From: an uncultured virus (IMG/VR IMGVR_UViG_3300017725_002980)
Taxonomy: Duplodnaviria > Heunggongvirae > Uroviricota > Caudoviricetes
DNA length: 20,000 nucleotides
Reading direction: 5' to 3' (one strand)
Virus record (IMG/VR): IMGVR_UViG_3300017725_002980
Shown here: positions 1 to 8,454 of the stretch, piece after piece
Layout: each line of letters begins with the position of its first letter
How positions within the stretch are numbered: the first letter of the stretch is position 1
Translations under genes and position numbers: made by a program
The notes under the pieces: generated by a model
What the model was told of the DNA's origin: nothing
Databases searched by the model: none
The model's input: the letters and a program-made list of their open reading frames with translations, nothing else

Positions 1-504
1 GAGCGTATTATTGATCCACTTCAATCACGTTGTCAAGTACTTAAAATTATCCCTCCTAGTAAAAAAGAGGTAGCAGTACACCTCGCTAGTGTAATGACAA
101 CTGAAGATACAGCGTATGAAATGGAAGATCTAAAAACCATTGTAAACCAATACTACCCAGATCTACGTAAATGTCTTAACACAATACAGTTATCGACTCA
201 AAACCAAAAATTAGTTATAGATAAATCAGTATTAGTGTCATCTAATTACATGACATCAATACTTAAAGAATTAAGTAATGCAAAACCAAAATGGCGTGAA
301 ATTCGTCAAATCATTGCTAACGCAAACGTTAGTGATTTTGAAGAGCTTTATCGTTATCTTTATGATAACGCTAATGTATATGCAAGTGGTCGTGAAGGAA
401 TGGTTGCAATTTATATCAACGAATATAGTTACCAATCCAACTTCCGTATTGATAAAGAAATCAACTGTATGGCACTCATACAAAAATTAGTTGAATTAAA
501 ATGA
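1..504 (+). CDS. Clamp loader AAA+ subunit (RFC small / T4 gp44-like), 5'-truncated by window edge
   Basis: Frame is open from base 1: ERIIDPLQSRCQVLKIIPP contains the SRC arginine-finger motif, followed by YPDLRKCLNTIQ (sensor-2-like) and a C-terminal DKEIN segment. The ORF track start at 94 is internal. Confidence 0.9.
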   Translation, partial: ERIIDPLQSRCQVLKIIPPSKKEVAVHLASVMTTEDTAYEMEDLKTIVNQYYPDLRKCLNTIQLSTQNQKLVIDKSVLVSSNYMTSILKELSNAKPKWREIRQIIANANVSDFEELYRYLYDNANVYASGREGMVAIYINEYSYQSNFRIDKEINCMALIQKLVELK

Positions 505-686
505 AAAAATTCCTAAAATTTCTTATAATTTGGATTAGTCAAAATATGGCTATACCTTTTTGGATGATAGGACACGTTCATTTAAGTTTAAATATATATC
601 AAGACTTACACGAGATAATCGCTAGTGTAGGGATGAATATTTTAGTAGCGATTGGATTTTATTTAGATTATAAACAAAACAAATAG
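501..686 (+). CDS. Small predicted membrane protein (61 aa)
   Basis: Basic N-terminus and two hydrophobic stretches (FLIIWISQNMAIPFWMIG; IIASVGMNILVAIGFYL). Start overlaps the upstream stop (ATGA). Confidence 0.6.
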   Translation: MKKFLKFLIIWISQNMAIPFWMIGHVHLSLNIYQDLHEIIASVGMNILVAIGFYLDYKQNK

Positions 687-688
687 TC

Positions 689-937
689 ATGGATCAACAA
701 CAAATGCCAAATATTGACCTTAAAAATACAGAGTCAGTAGAACACAAAAATGGAAAAGTATGGGCTCAAGGGTTCGTTATTAGGAAAATCTCTAAATTCG
801 TAGCAGGTACTCCTGAAGACGCTTTTATGCCTATCCCAGTCTTTTATAACCCAGCTGATGGTGAAATTTTTCAAGAAACCCTACCAAAAGAATTAAGAGA
901 TGAAACAGGTGACAACCCTCTTCGAGTGGTTGAATGA
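689..937 (+). CDS. Hypothetical protein between the clamp-loader subunit genes
   Basis: 82-aa ORF filling the gap; overlaps the next gene by 38 nt. Confidence 0.65.
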   Translation: MDQQQMPNIDLKNTESVEHKNGKVWAQGFVIRKISKFVAGTPEDAFMPIPVFYNPADGEIFQETLPKELRDETGDNPLRVVE

Positions 938-1331
938 GATAACTCTCTATAAAACAGCTCCTGAAGAAATTTCGCAAGAATCGTGGGATAAATGGAATTC
1001 TTACATGATACATAGATATGTATCTATGAACATAGGCTACATTGATATAGTAAATTATGTTCAAAAGATTAATCCACAAAACAAAAAACAAATTTATTCC
1101 ATCTATCGCGAAATGTTACCAAAGAAGAAAGTTTACCTCAAATATGTAAAAAACCAAAATAAAAAAAATTACCAAGAACTAGCTGAATATGTTGCTGATT
1201 ATTATGAATGCTCCTTAGGTGAAGCTGATTATTATATTGATATTTTAGGCATTAGTGTTAGAAGTATTTTATGGAAAATGGGAGTAGAAGAGGATGAAAC
1301 TGAAAAATTAATAAAAAAAGCATTATTATAA
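900..1331 (+). CDS. Clamp loader small subunit (T4 gp62-like)
   Basis: Pattern WNSYMIHRYVSM..YIDIVNYVQ..QIYSIYREMLPKKKVYLKYVK..VADYYECSLGEADYYIDIL resembles gp62-family proteins, and the gene lies just downstream of a gp44-like gene. Confidence 0.75.
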   Translation: MKQVTTLFEWLNEITLYKTAPEEISQESWDKWNSYMIHRYVSMNIGYIDIVNYVQKINPQNKKQIYSIYREMLPKKKVYLKYVKNQNKKNYQELAEYVADYYECSLGEADYYIDILGISVRSILWKMGVEEDETEKLIKKALL

Positions 1332-1340
1332 ACAAGTTAT

Positions 1341-2015
1341 ATGAATTATTTAAATACCCCCAATGGATGGGAAATAGTTAAAGAAGAAGGCTTTAATTGG
1401 GGCTCTATAGAAAATATTAACGCTAGACGTCAGGTATACCAAGAAGTTTGGGTAAATAAATTATATGAAAAAATATTTGAGGTTGAAGAAGGAGATATTG
1501 TTATTGATTTAGGTGCTGGTATTGGTGATTTTACTTGGAGTATTAGAAATAATAAACCCCAAGCTATATACTGTTTTGAACCCGGTGCAGATTCTCAAAA
1601 ATCTCTTCCTCTCTTAAAAGAGAATACATCTCAAATTCCAAATTGTTTTATTATTGAAAAATTTATGTCTAGTATTGATAATAAAAATAATATTACTTGG
1701 GATACTTTTTTAAAATCTAATCATTTAAATAAAATTGATTTTGTAAAAACTGATTGTGAAGGAGGAGAATATGAAATTTTTAAACCTGAAAATATTTTTT
1801 GGGTAAAAGAAAATATAAAAAAAATAGTAGGTGAATGGCATCTATCAACACCAGAATTAAAATCAAAATTTAGGATTTTTAGAGATACATATTTAAGATT
1901 ATTTCCTAATCATGAGGTTAATTCGGTTAATGGTGTAGACATTAAATGGGATTTATGGAATGAACATTTTATTGAATATTATAACGAAGTAATAATTTAT
2001 ATAGATAATAGATAA
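1341..2015 (+). CDS. FkbM-family SAM-dependent methyltransferase
   Basis: VIDLGAGIGDF (motif I), YCFEP, IDFVKTDCEGGE, VGEWH. Confidence 0.88.
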   Translation: MNYLNTPNGWEIVKEEGFNWGSIENINARRQVYQEVWVNKLYEKIFEVEEGDIVIDLGAGIGDFTWSIRNNKPQAIYCFEPGADSQKSLPLLKENTSQIPNCFIIEKFMSSIDNKNNITWDTFLKSNHLNKIDFVKTDCEGGEYEIFKPENIFWVKENIKKIVGEWHLSTPELKSKFRIFRDTYLRLFPNHEVNSVNGVDIKWDLWNEHFIEYYNEVIIYIDNR

Positions 2016-2350
2016 TGATGAAATCAAGTGAAATTATTAAAAAAGAATATCCTCATATTTACAATGGTTATATGGATATCATGGAAGAGCAGCTGGAGTT
2101 ATTCAGTAAAAAACATCTGGACTATGGTATGGCTAATATCAGTGCTGGGACTTTACTTTCTACTAAAGAAGAAAGGGCTTTTGCTCTTACAGGACTTTGG
2201 TATAGAATAAGTGATAAAATTAGTAGATGGAAAAATTTATTAATTACTAATAAAGTTATTAATAACGAACCTCTAACAGATACTTACCAAGATATTGTAA
2301 ATTATGGTATCATTGCTCAATTAGTTGAGCGTGGTTTATGGAAAAAATAA
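2015..2350 (+). CDS. DUF1599 / nucleotide-modification-associated domain 1 (Nmad1)-like protein
   Basis: KKHLDYG..NI, GLWYRISDKISRWKNL and EPLTDTYQDIVNYGII match the family signature (KxxDYG / RxxDKxxR / ExxxDTxxDxxNY). Confidence 0.8.
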   Translation: MMKSSEIIKKEYPHIYNGYMDIMEEQLELFSKKHLDYGMANISAGTLLSTKEERAFALTGLWYRISDKISRWKNLLITNKVINNEPLTDTYQDIVNYGIIAQLVERGLWKK

Positions 2351-3705
2351 AATTAGTTATATTTGATTTAGATGGTGTTTTAGTTGAAGCTAAAACCATC
2401 CATTATGATGCTCTAAACCAGGCGTTAGGTAAAGACTATACTATTAGTTGGAATGAACATCTATCAGTTTATGATGGGTTAAAGACTAACCAAAAATTAG
2501 AAATGCTTACTGAACGTAAGGGTTTACCTACAGAATTACATTCTAAAATTTGGGAAAGTAAACAAAAATATACACTTCAAATGCTTAAAGAACTTCAGCC
2601 GGATGAAACATTACAATCTGTAATGAATTCTCTAGTTGAGTGTGGTTATAAAATTGCTGTATGTTCTAATTCAATACGAAAAACTGTATTAACAGTTCTA
2701 TCTAAATTAGGGATAATGGAGTTTATGGATTTAGTTATATCTAATGAAGATGTAAAAAATTCCAAACCTCACCCTGAAATGTACTGGAAAGCAATATCAA
2801 TGATGAGTTGTTTACCTGAGGAGACATTAATCGTAGAAGATTCACCTTATGGTTTGTTAGCAGCATCTCGTTCTAAATCTCATGTATTAAGAGTTACTAA
2901 ACCTCAGGATGTTACTTATGATAATATTTTTAATAAATTAACAGAAATAGAAAAAGGCCAAATTATGAAATCCCCAGCATGGAGAGATAATAAACTAAAT
3001 GTATTAATTCCAATGGCGGGTGCTGGTTCTAGATTTACGCAAGCAGGGTATACCTTCCCAAAACCTCTTATTGATGTTCAAGGAAAACCAATGATCCAAG
3101 TAGTAGCTGAAAATTTAAATATTAAAGCTAACTTTATTTACATAGTACAAAAAGAACATAGATTAAAATATAATTTAGATACTTTACTTAATTTAGTTAC
3201 ACCAAATTGTAAAGTTGTAGAAGTTGATGAATTAACTGAGGGAGCAGCGTGTACCGCATTATTAGCTAAAAATTTTATTGATAACAATTCACCCTTATTC
3301 TTTGCTAACTCAGATCAATTTGTAGAATGGGATTCAAATGAATTTTTTTATAAAATGAATGAAACTGAAGTTGATGGGGGAATTGTTACATTTAAATCAA
3401 CTCATCCAAAATGGTCATTTGCCAAAACTGATGATCAAGGATTTGTAACAGAAGTTGCAGAAAAAAACCCTATATCTGATTTAGCAACAGTAGGTTTTTA
3501 TTATTGGAAACATGGTTCTGATTTTGTTAAATATGCTGAACAAATGATTAATAATAATATTAGAGTAAATGGTGAATTTTACGTTTGCCCCGTATATAAT
3601 GAAGCTATTCAAGACAACAAAAAAATTATAACCTTTAATATTCCCAAAATGCGGGGATTAGGTACTCCTGAAGATTTAAAGTATTTTTTAGAAAATTATA
3701 AATAA
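2338..3705 (+). CDS. Fusion: N-terminal HAD phosphatase/mutase (beta-PGM-like, capped) + C-terminal sugar-phosphate nucleotidyltransferase
   Basis: HAD motifs FDLDGVL, CSNS, KPHPE, VEDSPYG. NTP-transferase motifs LIPMAGAGSRF..PKPLIDV.GKPMI, ANSDQF, VAEKNPIS, NGEFYVCP, GLGTPEDL. Confidence 0.9.
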   Translation: MEKIKLVIFDLDGVLVEAKTIHYDALNQALGKDYTISWNEHLSVYDGLKTNQKLEMLTERKGLPTELHSKIWESKQKYTLQMLKELQPDETLQSVMNSLVECGYKIAVCSNSIRKTVLTVLSKLGIMEFMDLVISNEDVKNSKPHPEMYWKAISMMSCLPEETLIVEDSPYGLLAASRSKSHVLRVTKPQDVTYDNIFNKLTEIEKGQIMKSPAWRDNKLNVLIPMAGAGSRFTQAGYTFPKPLIDVQGKPMIQVVAENLNIKANFIYIVQKEHRLKYNLDTLLNLVTPNCKVVEVDELTEGAACTALLAKNFIDNNSPLFFANSDQFVEWDSNEFFYKMNETEVDGGIVTFKSTHPKWSFAKTDDQGFVTEVAEKNPISDLATVGFYYWKHGSDFVKYAEQMINNNIRVNGEFYVCPVYNEAIQDNKKIITFNIPKMRGLGTPEDLKYFLENYK

Positions 3706-4028
3706 TGGATATTTTAAAACTAAAAGATATGGTTGGTGGTTGGTTTGTAGGTGATTTTGAACCTACAGCTTATAAAACTAAAGATTTTGAAGTAAGTTAT
3801 AAAACCCACCCTAAAGGAGAAGTATGGGATAATCATTATCATAAAATAGCTACAGAAATTAACTATCTAGTTCGCGGTAATATGAATCTAAGTGGGACTC
3901 ACCTAAAAGAAGGTGATATATTCATACTACACCCAGAGGAAATAGCTGTTCCTGAATTCTTAACAGATTGTGAAATAGTCTGTGTTAAAACAGCAAGTGT
4001 AAAAGGAGATAAATATATAGTAGAATGA
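3705..4028 (+). CDS. Cupin-domain protein (possible sugar isomerase/epimerase)
   Basis: HYHKIATEINYLVRG (HxH-x4-E cupin motif 1) and LKEGDIFILHPEE (motif 2-like). Confidence 0.8.
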   Translation: MDILKLKDMVGGWFVGDFEPTAYKTKDFEVSYKTHPKGEVWDNHYHKIATEINYLVRGNMNLSGTHLKEGDIFILHPEEIAVPEFLTDCEIVCVKTASVKGDKYIVE

Positions 4029-5110
4029 ATATAGTTATACCAATGGCGGGTTTAGGAACTCGATTTTTTAATGAAGGTTTTACATTACCTAAACCATTAA
4101 TTGAAACTAATGGTAAAACACTTATTGAACATTCAATTTCAACATTAGGGGTTCAAGGAAAATATATTTTTATAACTCGTAAATATGATAACCCTGAGCA
4201 TAATGTACTTTTAACTAAACGTTTAAATGAAATTCAACCTAATAGTATTGAAATCCAATTAAACGAACCTACTAAGGGTGCTACTGAAACTGCTTTAGCA
4301 GCTAAACAATATATTAATAATAATGAACCTCTTATTATTACTAATTGTGACCAAATTACAGATTGGGATGCTTCTAAATTTAATGAATTTATTTCTAACC
4401 CTACTATTGAAGGAGTAATAGTTACCTACCCTTCTACTAATCCTAAAAATAGTTTTGCTATAGTAGAAGATGATCAAGTTGTAAAACTAGTTGAAAAGAA
4501 AGCAGTATCAGATATAGCTTTAATTGGAGTCCACTATTGGAGAGAAGGGTATATGTTTGTAGAAACAGCTGAAATGCTCTTAGGGGATTTTGAAGAAGAA
4601 GGCAGACCTGAATGTTATATATCAGAAACATATAACTACTTACTCTATAAAGGAGCTAATATTAAAAACTATCATATCTCAGCTAATGAATATATTCCAT
4701 TAGGTACTCCCTATGATCTAAAAATTTATGAGGGTAAAGTAAAAGAATTCCATACTGAAAAACCTAAAACTATATTCTGTGATATAGATGGTACCTTAGT
4801 AAAACACGCTCATAGATTTAGTGATTTAAAAGATACTAAACCTGTATTACTTCCAGATGTTAGAGAGAAATTTAATCAATGGGATTCTCAAGGCCATAAA
4901 ATTATTTTGTGTACTGCTCGTAAAGAATCTGCTCGTGAAATGACTGAATCCCATTTACAAATGTTAGGGTTATGTTGGGACATATTAATTATGGGAGTTA
5001 CTAGTGGACAACGCGTTTTAATTAACGATAAATTAAATGTAGCACATACTGATAGAGCAATAGGAATCAACGTTATAACCAACGAAGGTTTTAAAAATAT
5101 AGAATTATGA
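4025..5110 (+). CDS. Fusion: N-terminal sugar-phosphate nucleotidyltransferase + C-terminal capless HAD phosphatase
   Basis: MNIVIPMAGLGTRF..PKPLIE..GKTLI, TNCDQ, LVEKK and PLGTPYDL, then FCDIDGTL, LCTAR and LINDK HAD motifs. Confidence 0.88.
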   Translation: MNIVIPMAGLGTRFFNEGFTLPKPLIETNGKTLIEHSISTLGVQGKYIFITRKYDNPEHNVLLTKRLNEIQPNSIEIQLNEPTKGATETALAAKQYINNNEPLIITNCDQITDWDASKFNEFISNPTIEGVIVTYPSTNPKNSFAIVEDDQVVKLVEKKAVSDIALIGVHYWREGYMFVETAEMLLGDFEEEGRPECYISETYNYLLYKGANIKNYHISANEYIPLGTPYDLKIYEGKVKEFHTEKPKTIFCDIDGTLVKHAHRFSDLKDTKPVLLPDVREKFNQWDSQGHKIILCTARKESAREMTESHLQMLGLCWDILIMGVTSGQRVLINDKLNVAHTDRAIGINVITNEGFKNIEL

Positions 5111-5547
5111 AATTAATATCACATAGAGGAAACCTAGAAGGTCCTAACCCAGAAAGAGAAAACCACCCAGATTATATTTATGAAGCTATCCAAGCTGGGT
5201 ATGACGTAGAAATTGATATTTGGTTTGTAGATGGGAAATTTAAATTGGGTCATGATGAACCTCAATATGATTTTCCTTTTGATTTATTTAGTAATTTTTA
5301 TACTAAACTCTGGATTCATTGTAAAAACTTAGAATCTCTTTCTCAATTAAATAACTTAGATAGTAATGGCTCTAAATTAAATTATTTTTTTCATGAAGGT
5401 GACCTTGGAGTTTTAACTTCAAAAGGGTATATTTGGTCAACAAACCAATGTGAACGAGCGGTTTTAGTAATGCCTGAAACCTTTAATCAAGAACCAAATG
5501 AAAAAACATTTGGGGTTTGTAGCGATTATGTAGTAAACTATAAATAA
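5107..5547 (+). CDS. Short GDPD/PLC-like phosphodiesterase-fold protein
   Basis: ISHRGN..EN, GYDVEIDIW, LGHD, WIHCKN and GVCSD match glycerophosphodiester phosphodiesterase-like motifs. Confidence 0.8.
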   Translation: MKLISHRGNLEGPNPERENHPDYIYEAIQAGYDVEIDIWFVDGKFKLGHDEPQYDFPFDLFSNFYTKLWIHCKNLESLSQLNNLDSNGSKLNYFFHEGDLGVLTSKGYIWSTNQCERAVLVMPETFNQEPNEKTFGVCSDYVVNYK

Positions 5548-6158
5548 TGCCTATAAACCAAAAATATAATTTACTATTTATCCATATTCCTAAAAATGCT
5601 GGTACAACTATTGAAAATATTTTCTCTATGTATAGTAATCCTAGCAGCTTATGGTCAGGAAGTGAATTAGTTTTAGATGAGGGTAATTTTGCCCCCCAAC
5701 ATTTAAATTATAGTTTACTTAATAAGTATTATACTAATATAGACTTTTCTAAAATGATTAAGTTTACCTTTGTTAGAAATCCTTATTCTAGAACTATTTC
5801 TTTATTTAATTGGAATTTAAAACAGAATTATTATAAACCTAAATTTGATAATAAATTTACTAATAGAGAATTTGAAAATTTTTTAGTAAGTTTTATCTCA
5901 AAACTAGACTCATCACATAAATTACCTCAAAGTTTTTATTTTGATTGTGATTATGACTTTATAGGTAAAGTAGAAAACTTTAAAGAAGATTTTACTAACT
6001 TTCTAACTAAATATAATATTGCTATAAAATATAAAGGCCAACATGATAATAAAACTAATAGTAACCAAATTTTAAATAATTTATCTTCGAAAAATATTAA
6101 TCTAATTAATACTTTATATGAAGAAGATTTTAAAAGGTTTAATTACGATATGATATGA
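5547..6158 (+). CDS. Sulfotransferase (Sulfotransfer_2-like)
   Basis: FIHIPKNAGTTI (5'-PSB loop), FVRNPYSRTIS (3'-PB), DFIGKVENF, YEEDFKRFNY. Confidence 0.88.
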   Translation: MPINQKYNLLFIHIPKNAGTTIENIFSMYSNPSSLWSGSELVLDEGNFAPQHLNYSLLNKYYTNIDFSKMIKFTFVRNPYSRTISLFNWNLKQNYYKPKFDNKFTNREFENFLVSFISKLDSSHKLPQSFYFDCDYDFIGKVENFKEDFTNFLTKYNIAIKYKGQHDNKTNSNQILNNLSSKNINLINTLYEEDFKRFNYDMI

Positions 6159-6937
6159 AAATAGCAGTTGTAACAGCTACTTATCAACGAGGTGACGGTA
6201 ATACCCCATTAGTATTAACTCGAGCTATTGAATCTTTAAAAAAACAAGCCCACACTGATTGGAAGTTTTTCCTTATAGGAGATGCTTATGCAGATCAAAA
6301 TGAATTTAATTCTTTTTCTAATCTTCTACCTTCTAATAAAATTTATACAGAAAACCTCCCAGTAAGTATAGAACGTGAAAAATACCCTCCAGGCACTGAT
6401 AGATGGCATGTTAGTGGAATTACCCCTGTAAACATAGGTATAGAACGTGCTTTAGAAGAAGGTTTTGATTATATAGCTTTATTAGATCATGATGATCTTT
6501 GGTATCCTGACCATTTACAATTAATAAATGAAGGAATTAAAAAAACTAAATCCCCATTTATCTTTACTAGAGGATTTTATGAAGTTTCTAATGGAATAAG
6601 TGTAGGTATACCTTACCATGGGTATGAATCTGAAAAATTCGAACAATTACGTGTTAATGTAGATAATCCTATTAAATTAAATTATGGTTTTAACGGGTAT
6701 GCTTGCTTTCCTTATGAATGTATTTTCCTTAAAACCTCAGTTTGTTTAGATTGTAGGTTAATTAAGTTAAGAATGAGAGATTGTTTAGAAGAAACTGGAA
6801 AAAGTTCTGTGGGAGATGCTGATTGGTGGTTAAGAATTAGAGAAGAAATGATAGAAGGTAAATATAAACCTGCTTTATTTATAGACCATATTACGTGTGC
6901 TAATATAGATGAAGGGTATAGTAAAACTAACACATAA
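6155..6937 (+). CDS. Glycosyltransferase family 2 (GT-A)
   Basis: IAVVTATYQR..RAIESLKKQ..DWKFFLIGD; FDYIALLDHDDLW (DxD). Confidence 0.85.
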   Translation: MKIAVVTATYQRGDGNTPLVLTRAIESLKKQAHTDWKFFLIGDAYADQNEFNSFSNLLPSNKIYTENLPVSIEREKYPPGTDRWHVSGITPVNIGIERALEEGFDYIALLDHDDLWYPDHLQLINEGIKKTKSPFIFTRGFYEVSNGISVGIPYHGYESEKFEQLRVNVDNPIKLNYGFNGYACFPYECIFLKTSVCLDCRLIKLRMRDCLEETGKSSVGDADWWLRIREEMIEGKYKPALFIDHITCANIDEGYSKTNT

Positions 6938-7869
6938 TGAAACCAGCAATTTTAATTACATCTCATCCTAATACAGATGAAAAAGAACAAATTTTACAAA
7001 ATTTTGGAAACTTTATTTCTCAGTATAAAATAGACCATTACTTAGTTACTAACTATCCTCCTAAATCAGATACTCAAAAAAAGTTTAAAGGTTCATTTTT
7101 TTATAATAATAATCCACCTGGTCCTTTTTTAGGTAACGTATGGCTAACCTTTCCCCCAATTAGAAAGACACATCATCAAATTATCCCAAATTGGACTTAT
7201 TCCTTTATGTTATTATTATTAAACGGTGTTAAAAACTTAAAAAATTTAGGTTATACCCATTTTATCTATTTAGGATATGATTCTCTCCCAGATTATGATC
7301 TTATTAAAAATTATATAGATAAAAGTTTATCAATATTAAAAGATAAAAAAGCTACATTTACTGAGTATGAGTTAGGGTGGGAAGATTCTTTAAGTAGTAC
7401 TAATTGTGCTAGTGAAATAGACTTCTTTATAGAAGTATTTGAAAATAGTTTAGAATTATATTTAAAAAGAGAACTTCCTACACTATGTGAACAGTATTGG
7501 TACTCATCTTTATCTCTATATTTAAAGCAAGTCCAAATCCTCCCTAAATCTGATGCAATCCCTACTACATTTGATAGTGCTAGTTCTAACTATAAATTTA
7601 AATCTGGAAACTACTATTTAGGGTTTGATAAATCTTCTAATAATATTCTAATAATCACAGATAACTTAACCTTAAGTATTCAAGATAAAAATTCAAATAT
7701 AATTCCACATAATTTTTTAAGTTCTAATCTTAAATCAGAATATTTTCCTAAAGAATTAACTGCATATAAACTTGAATCTATAGAAGATGAAAAATATTAT
7801 GTAGATGATGAACTTTTATTTATTAATACTCCTGAATGGAGAAATTTAAATTATTTTGAAGACCTATGA
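6937..7869 (+). CDS. Hypothetical protein, possible divergent GT-A-like enzyme; paralog of 18178..19164
   Basis: 310-aa ORF coupled to both neighbours. N-terminal motifs align by eye with the 18178 protein (NT..K, YP...TQK, NP, NLGY.....YD). Confidence 0.6.
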   Translation: MKPAILITSHPNTDEKEQILQNFGNFISQYKIDHYLVTNYPPKSDTQKKFKGSFFYNNNPPGPFLGNVWLTFPPIRKTHHQIIPNWTYSFMLLLLNGVKNLKNLGYTHFIYLGYDSLPDYDLIKNYIDKSLSILKDKKATFTEYELGWEDSLSSTNCASEIDFFIEVFENSLELYLKRELPTLCEQYWYSSLSLYLKQVQILPKSDAIPTTFDSASSNYKFKSGNYYLGFDKSSNNILIITDNLTLSIQDKNSNIIPHNFLSSNLKSEYFPKELTAYKLESIEDEKYYVDDELLFINTPEWRNLNYFEDL

Positions 7870-8405
7870 CCTATAATGACTTAATATCCAAATTACATTC
7901 CTACTCAAGAATAATAGTCTCAGGACCTCAAAGATCAGGTACTACTTATGCAGCTTTTACTTTATCTCAAGATTTAGAATATAAACATATTGATGAACAA
8001 GAATTTGGTACTCATACTGCAGAAGGATTTTTAAATGTTCTTTCTCAAGAAAATATTGTAGTACAATGTCCTGCTGTATCCCATGTTTTAGACCAAATCC
8101 AATCCCAAAATACTATCATTTTGTGGATGGATAGAGATAATGAAGATATTGCTAAAAGTGAAGATAGAATTGATTGGCATCCTCATTGGTTTAATGTTGA
8201 AAAAAACAAATACAGAACTATATATGGTGATGAAGTTGATAAATTTGAAAGAAATTCATTAATGAAAAAACATTATTGGAATATTCAAAAACAAAATTTA
8301 AAAACAGATTATTTAGATATTCCATACTCTATTTTAAAAGAAACAAAAGGTTTTATTTCAAAAACTCAAAGAAAAGATTTTGGAGTAAAACAAATACAAT
8401 TATAA
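7866..8405 (+). CDS. P-loop sulfotransferase-like protein
   Basis: IIVSGPQRSGTTY (GxxRSGTT) and ILWMDRDNEDIAKS (R-x6-S, 3'-PB-like). A kinase cannot be excluded. Confidence 0.65.
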   Translation: MTYNDLISKLHSYSRIIVSGPQRSGTTYAAFTLSQDLEYKHIDEQEFGTHTAEGFLNVLSQENIVVQCPAVSHVLDQIQSQNTIILWMDRDNEDIAKSEDRIDWHPHWFNVEKNKYRTIYGDEVDKFERNSLMKKHYWNIQKQNLKTDYLDIPYSILKETKGFISKTQRKDFGVKQIQL

Positions 8406-8439
8406 ATTTGGTTACCCGAGAATCCTTTCGTATATTTAC
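8406..8439 (+). promoter_or_regulatory. Bacteroidota sigma70-type promoter (-33 TTTG / -7 TAnnTTTG-like), copy 1
   Basis: TTTG at 8407-8410, 20-nt spacer, TATATTTA at 8431-8438. Sits in one of the few intergenic gaps; 26/34 nt identical to 19166-19199. Confidence 0.78.
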
Positions 8440-8454
8440 CGATTAAATAATTTA

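Noticed and set aside
684..686. Stop-codon recoding, as in some Bacteroidota phages
   Set aside because: Code 11 gives near-complete coding density with intact domains; TAG here and several TGA codons act as normal stops just before or overlapping the next ATG.
3010..4052. Shared CCAATGGCGGGT in the two nucleotidyltransferase genes as a DNA repeat
   Set aside because: Explained by the conserved PMAG protein motif in paralogous domains.
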